Source: Candidatus Spongiisociaceae bacterium
Lineage (GTDB): Bacteria; Actinomycetota; Acidimicrobiia; Spongiisociales; Spongiisociaceae
Length of the DNA stretch: 64,000 bases
Direction: 5' to 3'
Assembly: GCA_965219685.1 (NCBI GenBank)
Contig: CBDCOH010000002.1
Span: forward strand, 64,001-128,000
The translations under genes and the position numbers were made by a program. Positions 52,436-61,792 of the stretch are shown here, piece after piece. The number at the start of each line of letters is the position of its first letter. Position 1 is the stretch's first letter. The notes under the pieces were generated by a model. That model did not search any database and had not been told where the DNA came from. It saw only the letters and a list, made by a program, of their open reading frames with translations.

Positions 52436-53394
52436 TTTGGTCTCCACGCCCGGGTGGTCGGAGTCCGGCGCGCGGTGGTAGCCACACCGGCGTAGAGACC
52501 TTGGAGGAAGCCCTGCTCGTCAGCCGGCGGACGGGGGAAAGGCTCACCGAATATGTCGGCCCAGATGTGAGCTGCTTCTGTCTCCGCTCCCGACGCCGCG
52601 AGCTGTTGCGCTGTGCTTGCTTGGGTGGCGAGACGCTGCATCCCCGCCCTGGCGGTGGCTCTGTCTGCGGCGGACAGACGATCGGATATCCAGTCCCAGC
52701 CGGTGGGATCGGTGTAACGGCCACCGAGGAGTTCGGCACCCTTCGCCAGCGCTGCCGCAACAGCGTCGGCATGCTCCTGCCGGGATGCAATCGCGTGGTA
52801 TGTGAAAGCCTCGACATGAAGGCCGGGGAGCACATCGGCAAGTTTGGCATGGCCCACGGCCTGTTTGACCATGCGCACCTGACGTACGAACCGGCCGTCA
52901 CATACTTGGTTCCGGGCGGCGATCGTATCGATCAGGATGTAGGTGTTGGACAACTCCCAAGCATCGTCTTCGGTGTCGGCGATGTAGATCCATCCAGAGC
53001 CGTCCTCAGGGTTGAATGCCGGCACGGCGTCGAAAGTAAACCCCTCGGCGGGGAGAGTGATCGCAAGGGCATGCTTCTTCACCTCGAAGCTGGCACCGGG
53101 GAGGTGGGGTGCGAGGGCAGCTTTGATAAGCGACATGGCTCGTCGTGAGCCGCCGGGTTTCTTGAGAGAATCGGTCAGGTCGTCGACCAACTCGACTACC
53201 TTGTCGATGTCTTTGAGTTTGGGACCCAGCATTGTGTGGCGGGCGAAGCTGCCCTGCAGGCGGGTCCGTTTAGCGACCCCGGCCTTGACGAGCAGGTCCC
53301 CGAGGCGATTGTGCGTCTCCTGGGCTCTGAGGCGTTCTGCCGGGTCCAGTTTCAGGTTGTTGTCGAGAGCGTCGAAGCGCTTCTTCAGGTTCAT
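52432..53394 (-). CDS. CD-NTase (cGAS/DncV-like, SMODS) nucleotidyltransferase
   Basis: LQGSFARHT...KDID, FDAVPAF, R.VRMVK, G.HVE, DPTG; ATG 53394 after AAGGA. Confidence 0.85.
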   Translation of the reverse strand: MNLKKRFDALDNNLKLDPAERLRAQETHNRLGDLLVKAGVAKRTRLQGSFARHTMLGPKLKDIDKVVELVDDLTDSLKKPGGSRRAMSLIKAALAPHLPGASFEVKKHALAITLPAEGFTFDAVPAFNPEDGSGWIYIADTEDDAWELSNTYILIDTIAARNQVCDGRFVRQVRMVKQAVGHAKLADVLPGLHVEAFTYHAIASRQEHADAVAAALAKGAELLGGRYTDPTGWDWISDRLSAADRATARAGMQRLATQASTAQQLAASGAETEAAHIWADIFGEPFPRPPADEQGFLQGLYAGVATTARRTPTTRAWRPK

Positions 53395-53533
53395 CGGCTT
53401 TTCCTTTCGTAGGTCGTGCGGTAGTTGGCGTGATCGGGTAGTCCCTGGGGATCGAGGTGGCTGCCCGTCGAGGGTCTCAACCCCGGACGGGACCCGGTGC
53501 ATTCACCGGGACTCCCGTCGGGATGTCGAGTGG

Positions 53534-53650
53534 TTACCTCTTCTTCTTGGGTGACTTCACCCTCTCGGACACGGTGGTCCGAGGGTGTCGCCTCGCCGTA
53601 GAGCGCTTGACGAAACGGCCTGTAACGGCCGATCGGTGTCGTTTTGCCAT
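53534..53650 (-). CDS. 38-aa basic peptide (RSAVTGRFV...HPRTTVSE)
   Basis: ATG preceded by GGAGGTGAAAG; translates to MAKRHRSAVTGRFVKRSTARRHPRTTVSERVKSPKKKR; below the ORF-track cutoff. Confidence 0.75.
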   Translation of the reverse strand: MAKRHRSAVTGRFVKRSTARRHPRTTVSERVKSPKKKR

Positions 53651-54046
53651 CTTTCACCTCCTTCCATTTGAGTCAAGGTGCCCCGAGTCCAAGAGCACAC
53701 CGGCTGCTACCTGAGTATCTGGGATGCGCTGGCGGTGTCTCGTGGAGCCTTGAGGCTCGCTCTGTGGATGAGTCGAATGACTCGGCTTTGTCCCAGTGTC
53801 CGAGAATCTGCTAGTGCTTGACAATCCTTCAATCCCCCTAACTACCTCAAGCCTCTGCCTAGTCCCCACCAACATCCGCCGCTCGCTAGAGGCCACGGCA
53901 GCAGGAGCTTGAAGTCTGGAGTCTGATTACTTGAATTATACACGACTACGCCTAGATTCGTGTTTCACAGGGCTGGAATCGTTGCACATGTGGCAACGAC
54001 TGAATATGCTCCGATTACCGCCGACCGGGGAGGGGAGGGCACCCGC

Positions 54047-55120
54047 GTGGGCCAGAGTTCTGACGAACGCCGTGGCGACTTCGCACCACGGCGGCTCCGG
54101 ATGGCGCGCGACTTTGCCGATGTCTCACAGCTAACCCTCAGCCAAGCCGCCGGTCTATCCGTTGCATCGATCAGCCTCTACGAGCAGGGCGGGACAATCC
54201 CCAGCGACAAGACCCTGGCCTTGTTCGCCGACCACCTCGACATCGAGCCCGAATTCTTCTACTCGTCAACCACCAGCGCTGACACGCCAGCCTTCTTCCG
54301 AAGCCTCCGAACCACCAAAGCCGTCGACCGGCGACGCGCCCGACACAAGATCGAAATCGTCTACGAGTTAGTCAGGGCGCTGGAGACCGAAGTCAGGTTC
54401 CCCGACCCCGACGTACCCGAGCATCCCGTAGCCGCAAGCCAGGATCGAGGACCCGAGGAAGCAGCGCGGCGGACTAGGCACTGTTGGAACGTACCCCCAG
54501 GACCAGTCGACAACATGGTCCGATCCGTGGAACGCCACGGTGTCGTAGTCGCACAACCCGAAGAAGAAAACACCCACATCGACGCCTACTCGGTCAAGTT
54601 CCCGGACCGTCCGATCATCGTCATGTCCCTTGCCAAAGGGAAACACGACCGGTGCCGCTTCGATGTCGCCCACGAACTAGGCCACCTTGTAATGCACGAC
54701 CCCACCCAGGCCACAACCCGACCCGTGGAACAACAAGCCCACAAGTTCGCAGCCGAATTCCTAATGCCCGCGCGAGACATCCGACTCGAACTCGAGATGG
54801 CAGATACGCTCGGCGCGCTTCTCCGTCTCAAACAGAAGTGGCGCGTGTCCCTCGCAGCACTCATCCGGCGCCGCTACGACCTCGACATCATCGACAAGAC
54901 CCGTTACACGAAGTACATGAAAGCCATATCGGCAAGGGGGTGGCGCCGCAACGAACCAGTCGACCTCGGCCCACCCGAACAACCCATACTCCTCAGAAAG
55001 GCAATGCAACTAGCAGGCCTCAACGAATACGACCTCTCCCAACGCACTGGGCTTACGATCAGCCTCATACGGAACGTTCTCAACACCAGCATCGATACCA
55101 GACCGCAAGTACATATCTAG
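54047..55120 (+). CDS. XRE HTH + ImmA/IrrE Zn-metallopeptidase regulator
   Basis: RLRMAR...SQ..LS....S..SISLYEQG..P HTH; RFDVAHELGH (HExxH), EQQA..FAAEFLMP. Start uncertain. Confidence 0.9.
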   Translation: MGQSSDERRGDFAPRRLRMARDFADVSQLTLSQAAGLSVASISLYEQGGTIPSDKTLALFADHLDIEPEFFYSSTTSADTPAFFRSLRTTKAVDRRRARHKIEIVYELVRALETEVRFPDPDVPEHPVAASQDRGPEEAARRTRHCWNVPPGPVDNMVRSVERHGVVVAQPEEENTHIDAYSVKFPDRPIIVMSLAKGKHDRCRFDVAHELGHLVMHDPTQATTRPVEQQAHKFAAEFLMPARDIRLELEMADTLGALLRLKQKWRVSLAALIRRRYDLDIIDKTRYTKYMKAISARGWRRNEPVDLGPPEQPILLRKAMQLAGLNEYDLSQRTGLTISLIRNVLNTSIDTRPQVHI

Positions 55121-55454
55121 CGGCCCCAGGCTGTGCCCATCCACACCGCACGACGACCCCCTCCGAGACTCAAGGTATCATCGCCATGGAAGGTAATCCG
55201 TTCTCTCGATCTCAAATACGCGATCAGCCCTCCATACAGGCTAACCTACATGCCCGAGTTCGATCGTTTTCCGTGAAGAGCCCCCATTCACTCTCAAGAT
55301 GCACTGGGCAAGCCATTACTAGCGATCTTGTTACCAGAGATCGATTGTATCCAGAGGTCATTGGTGAATCGTTCCCTCGTCTAGGGATCCCGTGTGTGGG
55401 GTTAGTCCTCCCAATGACCTACGTCACCTCAGCTCAGACTGAGAAGAAGGGCCC

Positions 55455-56366
55455 CTAAACATCGAACGTGCCCACTGTTAGCCACTCATCACCAGAATCA
55501 TCCACGGAGAGCCCAACAGTCTGAAGCCTGCCTACTATCCGCTTCCTCGCCTGTGGGGAGTCATTCAAATAGACCAAATGGCGACCAGCGATATCCGATA
55601 GGATCTTCGTTCCAGGTGTTGCAACTATAAGAGTCCTGCTGGGAGCAAGTGCCATGGCCATACCAGCCTCATAAATGACGTTTTGTCGTGGCTGTCCGGC
55701 CTCAACCAGTTCAGGGTCTTCAGCATCTTCAGCTAGGGCTGGATCCAGTCTAACGAAATCGTCTGGCGTCGCGAGAACCACGATACCATGCGCCTCCTCA
55801 AGCCCCGCCAAGAGTACATCACCTATATACGGATTAGGTTCACCAGTCAACCTGACAGCCTGTTCCCACTCAATCACCCTTAGGTCAAGAGATCTTAGGA
55901 AACTCTTCATGGCATCTGTTATGGTCCTATTCCTCCCATGTACTAGGAATACTGACCGTCCATCACCGGGGCCAGTCGGAACTGACACACGAGCTACTCC
56001 TACACCCTTCGTACTGGACCGTGTGTCTGAGTCCCAGCCGGGAGGACCTTTAATGTATCTGTCAGTTACGTCGGTTGCCTGACCGACTGCTCTCCACAAG
56101 TATGTAGGACCTCCAAGGCTAAGCACACCAGACGATCGGTCCTTGGCCTTCAGGCCCGGAATATAGTCTCGGGCAGATCTATCGGACGTTGATACCTCGA
56201 TACGCCCAAGTTTGGCAAGCTTGATTGTTCGCCCATTGACTATGATAGGCCTGCCCAGACGGTAGGGCTCCAGAAACTGTTCCTGTAGTTGGTCCAGGCT
56301 CATATCAATCTTGACTTCGCCGTGACGACTGCCAGACACTGAGAGTCTCACATGGTAAAGCTCCAT
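55455..56366 (-). CDS. TIR-like (Cap12/Pycsar-type TIR) nucleotide-binding protein
   Basis: VFLVHGRN, IVVLATPDD, PRQNVIYEAG, SDIAG; lower GC. Confidence 0.85.
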   Translation of the reverse strand: MELYHVRLSVSGSRHGEVKIDMSLDQLQEQFLEPYRLGRPIIVNGRTIKLAKLGRIEVSTSDRSARDYIPGLKAKDRSSGVLSLGGPTYLWRAVGQATDVTDRYIKGPPGWDSDTRSSTKGVGVARVSVPTGPGDGRSVFLVHGRNRTITDAMKSFLRSLDLRVIEWEQAVRLTGEPNPYIGDVLLAGLEEAHGIVVLATPDDFVRLDPALAEDAEDPELVEAGQPRQNVIYEAGMAMALAPSRTLIVATPGTKILSDIAGRHLVYLNDSPQARKRIVGRLQTVGLSVDDSGDEWLTVGTFDV

Positions 56367-56389
56367 CCGCTCTACTCTAGTGTGGATTG

Positions 56390-57667
56390 CCTGAACTGGG
56401 CGGCAACTTCACCGATCGTAGCCCCACCAGATGGTCCTCGGAGCAGACGCCTCCGCTGTGGATCCTGGCACTCGCGATCGGGCAAGGTAGCCTCGCCGAG
56501 GTAGCCAACATGATCCGGGCCGCAGCCGAGAGACTCCGGGCGGCGTGCCGCCGGTACTGGTCGATGTCCACCCAGACGGTGTCGTCGTCGATGGCCCCAA
56601 GGGCTTGTCTGCTGATACGGTCACGGCGCAGTTTCGTGGCCAGTATGTAGTCGAACCCGGCTTCGGCGACCACCGAGACGTTGGCCGCCGGGATCAGACC
56701 CCGGTCGGCGACCACACAGATACGACCAGGCGCGAACCTCGCCGCCAGATCGCCCAACACGGCTGACAGGGTGGTGGCGTCGCTGGTGTTGCCCGAGAAC
56801 ACCCGATGGGCGATCGGGATCCCATCAGAGGTGCATAGGAGGCCGATCACTATCTGGGGCCGTTCAGCACGATGGTCCCGCGAGTGCCCGAACGCCCGCG
56901 ATGGGAAACGTCCAGAGGACCGGGTCGAACCCTCGAAATACGTGGAAGTCAGGTCGTAGCACACCAGCCGCAGGTCCAGGTTCGTCAAGTCGCACAATCG
57001 CGAATACAGATGCGTCTCCGTCTCGTCTTCGACGGCGGCGACCGCGTCCAGGGCCCGGTAGTACTGATCAAGTGACGGAGCCGACCAGCCCTCGGGCATG
57101 ACCACATCCGCCCCGGCCCACTCGGCCAGTTGCCGCTTCGAGCACGGCGCCACCAACCGGTTCGCCACCACTTGCGAACACCGCATCCTCCAGAGCCTTC
57201 GCGCCCCCCGCGGCGCCTACCTGAGCGAACCACTCGCCGAGGACCAGCCGCTGCCACACCGCCCACACCGCGGCTACCGCCCCCAACCGAGGCGCCCCCT
57301 CAGCTTCCAACGACCCGACATCGACCCCGTTCGCGGCGTAGTTGACGCTCCAGGGCGGCGACGATGCGTTCCAGCTGGCCGGACTCGCGCAAAGCGGTTA
57401 CTTCCCCCAGCCGCCAAAAGAGTCCGGTGACCGACCTTCGACCCTTGGCGGAATGACTCCACCAAAGACAAATACTCGTACACCTTGTCGCCCCTGCGAC
57501 GGCGAGTCGTCTTCACGAACACACCCAGAACAATACCACTAACAGCCCACTCCATCAACCATATGTCGCCCCTACAAATCCTCACCCAGAGGATGACCTA
57601 CACCACGAAACCCCAGGTCAGAGAACCGACCACCCCCACCAAACCCCTCCAACCCGCCAAACTCGGG
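56390..57667 (-). mobile_element. IS1634-family element, internally deleted/frameshifted
   Basis: YEYLSLVES.R, YDLTSTYFEG, GHSRDHR..RPQ, VADRG; imperfect TIRs CCTGAACTGGGCGG / CCCGAGTTTGGCGG. Confidence 0.8.
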
Positions 57668-57960
57668 TCTGATGTGTGGTCCCTGATGGAGGAGCCGCCG
57701 CCGTGCTCCGCCCAGCCTCTCGAGGTCGTCTCCATGTCCATCCACCATTCGGGCCACAAGTCGTAGTAGATCAACGTCGCCTGGGTCTCCCAACAGCTCG
57801 CACATGCGCGTAGGATTCCTACGTGGGGGTTGTCCTCCTATCTTGGATATCTCCTGATGAGCTCCGACTATCTAGGACGCTTGTTGTTTTGGGAAGGCGT
57901 CGGCAACGACGTCAGATCCGTATCCTGGTGATGGCAGCGACCTTGTAGCCAAGGCTAAGC

Positions 57961-58845
57961 CTATGGCTGTGTCCTTTGGATCACCTCGCTCACCGGTATG
58001 CCCGAAGCCCGCGCAACGAGTTCAAGAGGTATGCCGACGTTGATAGCATCCATGAGTGCATCATTGAACCCTCGTTCTACAACTTCTGGAAGTTCAAGGA
58101 ATGATCGGTGACCGTCCGCCGCTATTGTTGAACTAGGTAGCCAGTCGTGAGAGAGCGACCATTCTTCGCCGGAAGACCACCAAGCCATCGGTTCTAAGCG
58201 GCTACCGATTACGCTCGTGTGGACTACCCATAGAACGTCGATCTCTGGTGGCAGGCAAGGGGGTGGTGTCTCGGTAGGATCCTGAGCACGCCAGGCCTGT
58301 AAGTCGACTGCCAGATGATGTTCATACCCTTCGGCCCTACCGAGCTTTGCTCTCTTTGCCTCTATCGCTCTCTCAAGCTCACTCGAGAAACCGGGTAATG
58401 GTTGTGGTACAGCTTGAGGATCTGATGACCAAGTACAGATCACCACCTCCGGTTCACCGTTGCCTGCTCGTTCGATACTTACTACACCCGGAGGGGCCCC
58501 TCCATGCCCCTTGATGGCCTCCAAGATAGCCATCTTTATTGGGCGAAGACGGGTACCGGCGACTACCTCCACATACCATCGTCCTAGGTCTTCGTCTATG
58601 GCAATCTGTGAAAGCTCGTCGGCGATAGGATCTGCTATACGCGCTGTCGCAATGAAATGAGGATCGACAATGGAAGTTACTTCAAGAGCAACAGGGGGCT
58701 CTGGATCATCGAATCGAACATCGAACAGGCCTTCCGCTGACCCATCATCATTCAGCACCGGATCACCCAGATGCCTCCTAAGGTGCCGATCCGAGTAACT
58801 CGATATCCAGCGAGCGACTTCCAGCTCCCGCTCTTCATCAGGCAT
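57961..58845 (-). CDS. Hypothetical protein, possible restriction-endonuclease-like fold
   Basis: FD......VALEVT motif; lower GC. Confidence 0.6.
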   Translation of the reverse strand: MPDEERELEVARWISSYSDRHLRRHLGDPVLNDDGSAEGLFDVRFDDPEPPVALEVTSIVDPHFIATARIADPIADELSQIAIDEDLGRWYVEVVAGTRLRPIKMAILEAIKGHGGAPPGVVSIERAGNGEPEVVICTWSSDPQAVPQPLPGFSSELERAIEAKRAKLGRAEGYEHHLAVDLQAWRAQDPTETPPPCLPPEIDVLWVVHTSVIGSRLEPMAWWSSGEEWSLSHDWLPSSTIAADGHRSFLELPEVVERGFNDALMDAINVGIPLELVARASGIPVSEVIQRTQP

Positions 58846-58979
58846 CTACATCGCTCAACTTCCCACTAGTTAGATACTCCGGCCTTGCAAGGCCGGGTCA
58901 TTACGCTACCAAGAAACCAGAGGCGCGCAGCCTCAACTGTGGGGAGCGGCACTTCGACAACCGCTGCCGGTCGCCCGGA

Positions 58980-59170
58980 GGTCTCACCCGCCGGCTCGTC
59001 CATCCCGGCCGTGACACTGGTCCCAAACTCCTGGATGAAGTTGATCACGGCGGCGTCGCGTCATCACGGAGTGGGTTGGCAATCGGATTATGGCGGCTGG
59101 TGGTGACGAGGCGGCTCGCGTAGCGAAGCGTAGCGGGGGACAGCCGTGTCGGGTGTTGTTGGTCGTCGGC
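58980..59170 (+). pseudogene. ISL3 transposase remnant
   Basis: AASRHHGVGW and 'ARVAKR...PCRVLL' match the other ISL3 copies. Confidence 0.7.
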
Positions 59171-60048
59171 TGGACGCGGTCGCCCATATGGGAACATAAA
59201 CACCGTCTAGGCGGAGGTGCGAGGTTGCCGATCCAGCCTCGTACGCAGCTGATCCGCTAGCCCACGGCTCGGACGCTTGGGGTCCTAGCCGTTTGGGCGG
59301 TGGAAGGAACCGTCGTTGGTTCGCCTCCAGGTGGTTTGTTCAGCCCTCGGGGGTGGAGACGTCCCCGATCCGAAGATCCGGTTTCCATCGCGTGACCTCA
59401 CCTGGCGCGTGTGCGTGTGAGAGCGGCTTTTGCCGGTCGGTGGCGGGCGGGGAGGGCTTGTACAGTGAACAGGCTCTTGTAGGATGAGCGGCAGTTACGA
59501 AAGTAGCAGCGAGTCGAACGAGCACGGAGAGTGGGAGGTGACATGTTCAACATATATTTTCGACTTGACCGACGGGCCCTCCCTTTCTCGGTCCCGGCCG
59601 AGGTGACGCCCGTCGGTTATAGCCAGTCTTGGTCGCCCAGCGCGAGTCCGCACTCGTCGACCGTTTTCGGCAGTGCGGTGGTGCCGACTCGGAGGTCGTA
59701 GGTAGCTCGGGTACTGGTAGATGTCGGGACGGATGCGCGATTCCGCTTTCCGCGTTGCCGACAGCACGGAGCGACCAGGCCCTCCTGCAGATAGTTCCAA
59801 CTCCATAAGATCAGACGATCCCCAAGGCCTACCCCGGCTGACCACCAGCCCGGTTGTTCCCGCCCGGTGGCGGAGCACGTAGCTGCAAACGATGCTAGCC
59901 CAGGTGGCTGCATGCTCCCGTGTGGCCCTGGTCGTGGCTACAGAGCAGCTCAAGGGTGTCATCCCACCGAGACGGCGCTGTCGAGGCACCCACCAGGAGT
60001 GGGTCCGTCTGTTCAATCGACCTGGCGATCACCAGCTCGTTCACCCGA

Positions 60049-60312
60049 TCAGTCATGCCGTGGGGATAGACCGTCGATCCAGTCGTGGATGTCTCGTTCC
60101 CGCCATCCCACCGCCCGGGTATATTCGCCGCCGAGGCGAATGGATGAAGGAAACGACCCGTCCCGTTCCCGACGCCAAATTGTGGTCCTGCTCAACCCTG
60201 TGATCTCCATGACTTCAGCCATTCTCACCACCCGCTCACTCCCCCGATACCACATCGGGCACCGACGATCGGTACCCGGCCGGTTGTCATGGGTCTGGTT
60301 TCGCATCCGCAT
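60049..60312 (-). CDS. alpA: AlpA-family regulator/excisionase
   Basis: R..EV...TGLSRTTIWR....G.FP..I.LG...VGW...I..W; GGGAGG RBS before ATG 60312. Confidence 0.85.
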   Translation of the reverse strand: MRMRNQTHDNRPGTDRRCPMWYRGSERVVRMAEVMEITGLSRTTIWRRERDGSFPSSIRLGGEYTRAVGWRERDIHDWIDGLSPRHD

Positions 60313-61792
60313 CTTCTTCCTCCCGCCTCGTTGCCGGCAGGTGCTGAGTTGGCCTCCGTGTATGGCGTCTCCCATCCGATCGGAGACGATCGGCGATGTA
60401 TTGATATCAACGTACCGAAGGGGTTCCACAACCCGGTCGCGCATCTGCCCGCAGCGGTCGCGGTCAACCGCGAGCGGCCGCGCATCCACCTCCGAGCATT
60501 CGCGATCCTCCTGGATCAGGGCACAAACCCACAGCCGCGGCATCTCCAAGACCAGAGCCTCCTACTAGCCGTTGGTGTCCGCCCGGCCCACGAAAGCGGG
60601 CCTCAACCCTTCGTTACGAAGAGCGGTAATGCTCCCAGGGTGGTGTGGAGTTGCCCCGCTCTTTTGGGCTGATGGTGACTAGCGGAGGGTGTAATAACGG
60701 ACCAGCTATGCGCCAGCGGCGGATAACCCAGTACGACTAATGGGAATTGCCGATGACGGCACCGGGGGGACACGCCCCGAGACGCTACCCGCCGGCGGAC
60801 TCCACCCCTTCCCTGGCTAAGCGCGTGGGCAGATCTTGCTAGCAGAGAACAGCGAGAAGGCAGGCAGTCACCAGTCCCAGAGAGTGAGACCGGGACTACA
60901 ACAGAGGGCCGGGGGCTTCGTCCGGATCCGAGAAGGAGGGGACACATGTCCCGATACTAGGGGGGACATATGTCTCTCAAGCGGTTCCACGGAGGCGCCG
61001 CTCCTGTTCATGGCACGGGCATGTCAGCTCCGAGACAACATCACACCGAATGGCGCCATGTAAGTAGCGCTCGCCGCAGAGGTCGGCTGTTCGGTTCTGA
61101 CGCTTTACGGCTGGTCCACGCGTCCGGCCCGGGGATGTCTGATCCGTGTCCTCTTGAGCTGGCAGTATTCGGGAGGTCATCAGCGGTTTGGGCATCTACC
61201 GATGCCCGCTGTGACGGTGGTGTTGGCTGTATGAGAGGTGCCCGGTCGCGTTTCCACCGTATCGCGGTCGCGTATCCCTCTGACCTGGGCTTTCACGGCC
61301 CTGGCAGATCCGCCTGACGGCTGAGCGAGGGCAAGCCCGGCTGAGCTCCCCATGACCCACCCGCCCTGTCGTTGCTCGGGCTCGGGTGTGACCTTTCGTC
61401 TGACCTTCCCGAACCGGGGGAGGACATGGGGCCCAAGCCCTACCTCTCCATCGCCCTCGGGTCCACGCAGCCTGCCGCGGTTACCGGGTCGTGTTCGCGA
61501 CCGGTATCCACCGTGCTCTCTCAACTGTCCGACGCGAAACACGGGGCTGGTTCACCGACGAGTCAGACGGGCTCGCCGGTTTGCCCTGTCGTCATCGATG
61601 ACGCTTGACGTGCGCAGGCGCTGTTGGATCGTGCGGGTTGAGGGGCCTACCGCCGGTTGTCGCAGCGACCGGTTAAAGCGGAGGGCAGGTAACCCCAGGT
61701 TGGGGGTGAGGTCCGGCGAATGCGGAGCGCCAACCACTCGGGGGCAGACGACGGGCAGTTATGGGCGGAGCCGCTGAGGCGTTGTCACCACC

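Noticed and set aside
53391-53657. 88-aa ORF MKDGKTT... and the 356-aa extended CD-NTase start
   Set aside because: The RBS is optimally spaced for the 38-aa ORF in another frame; the extended regions run through a hairpin and look non-coding.
59200-60040. Short overlapping ORFs between the ISL3 remnant and alpA (also 60320-61780)
   Set aside because: No recognisable motifs or consistent coding signal; probably degraded or non-coding DNA.
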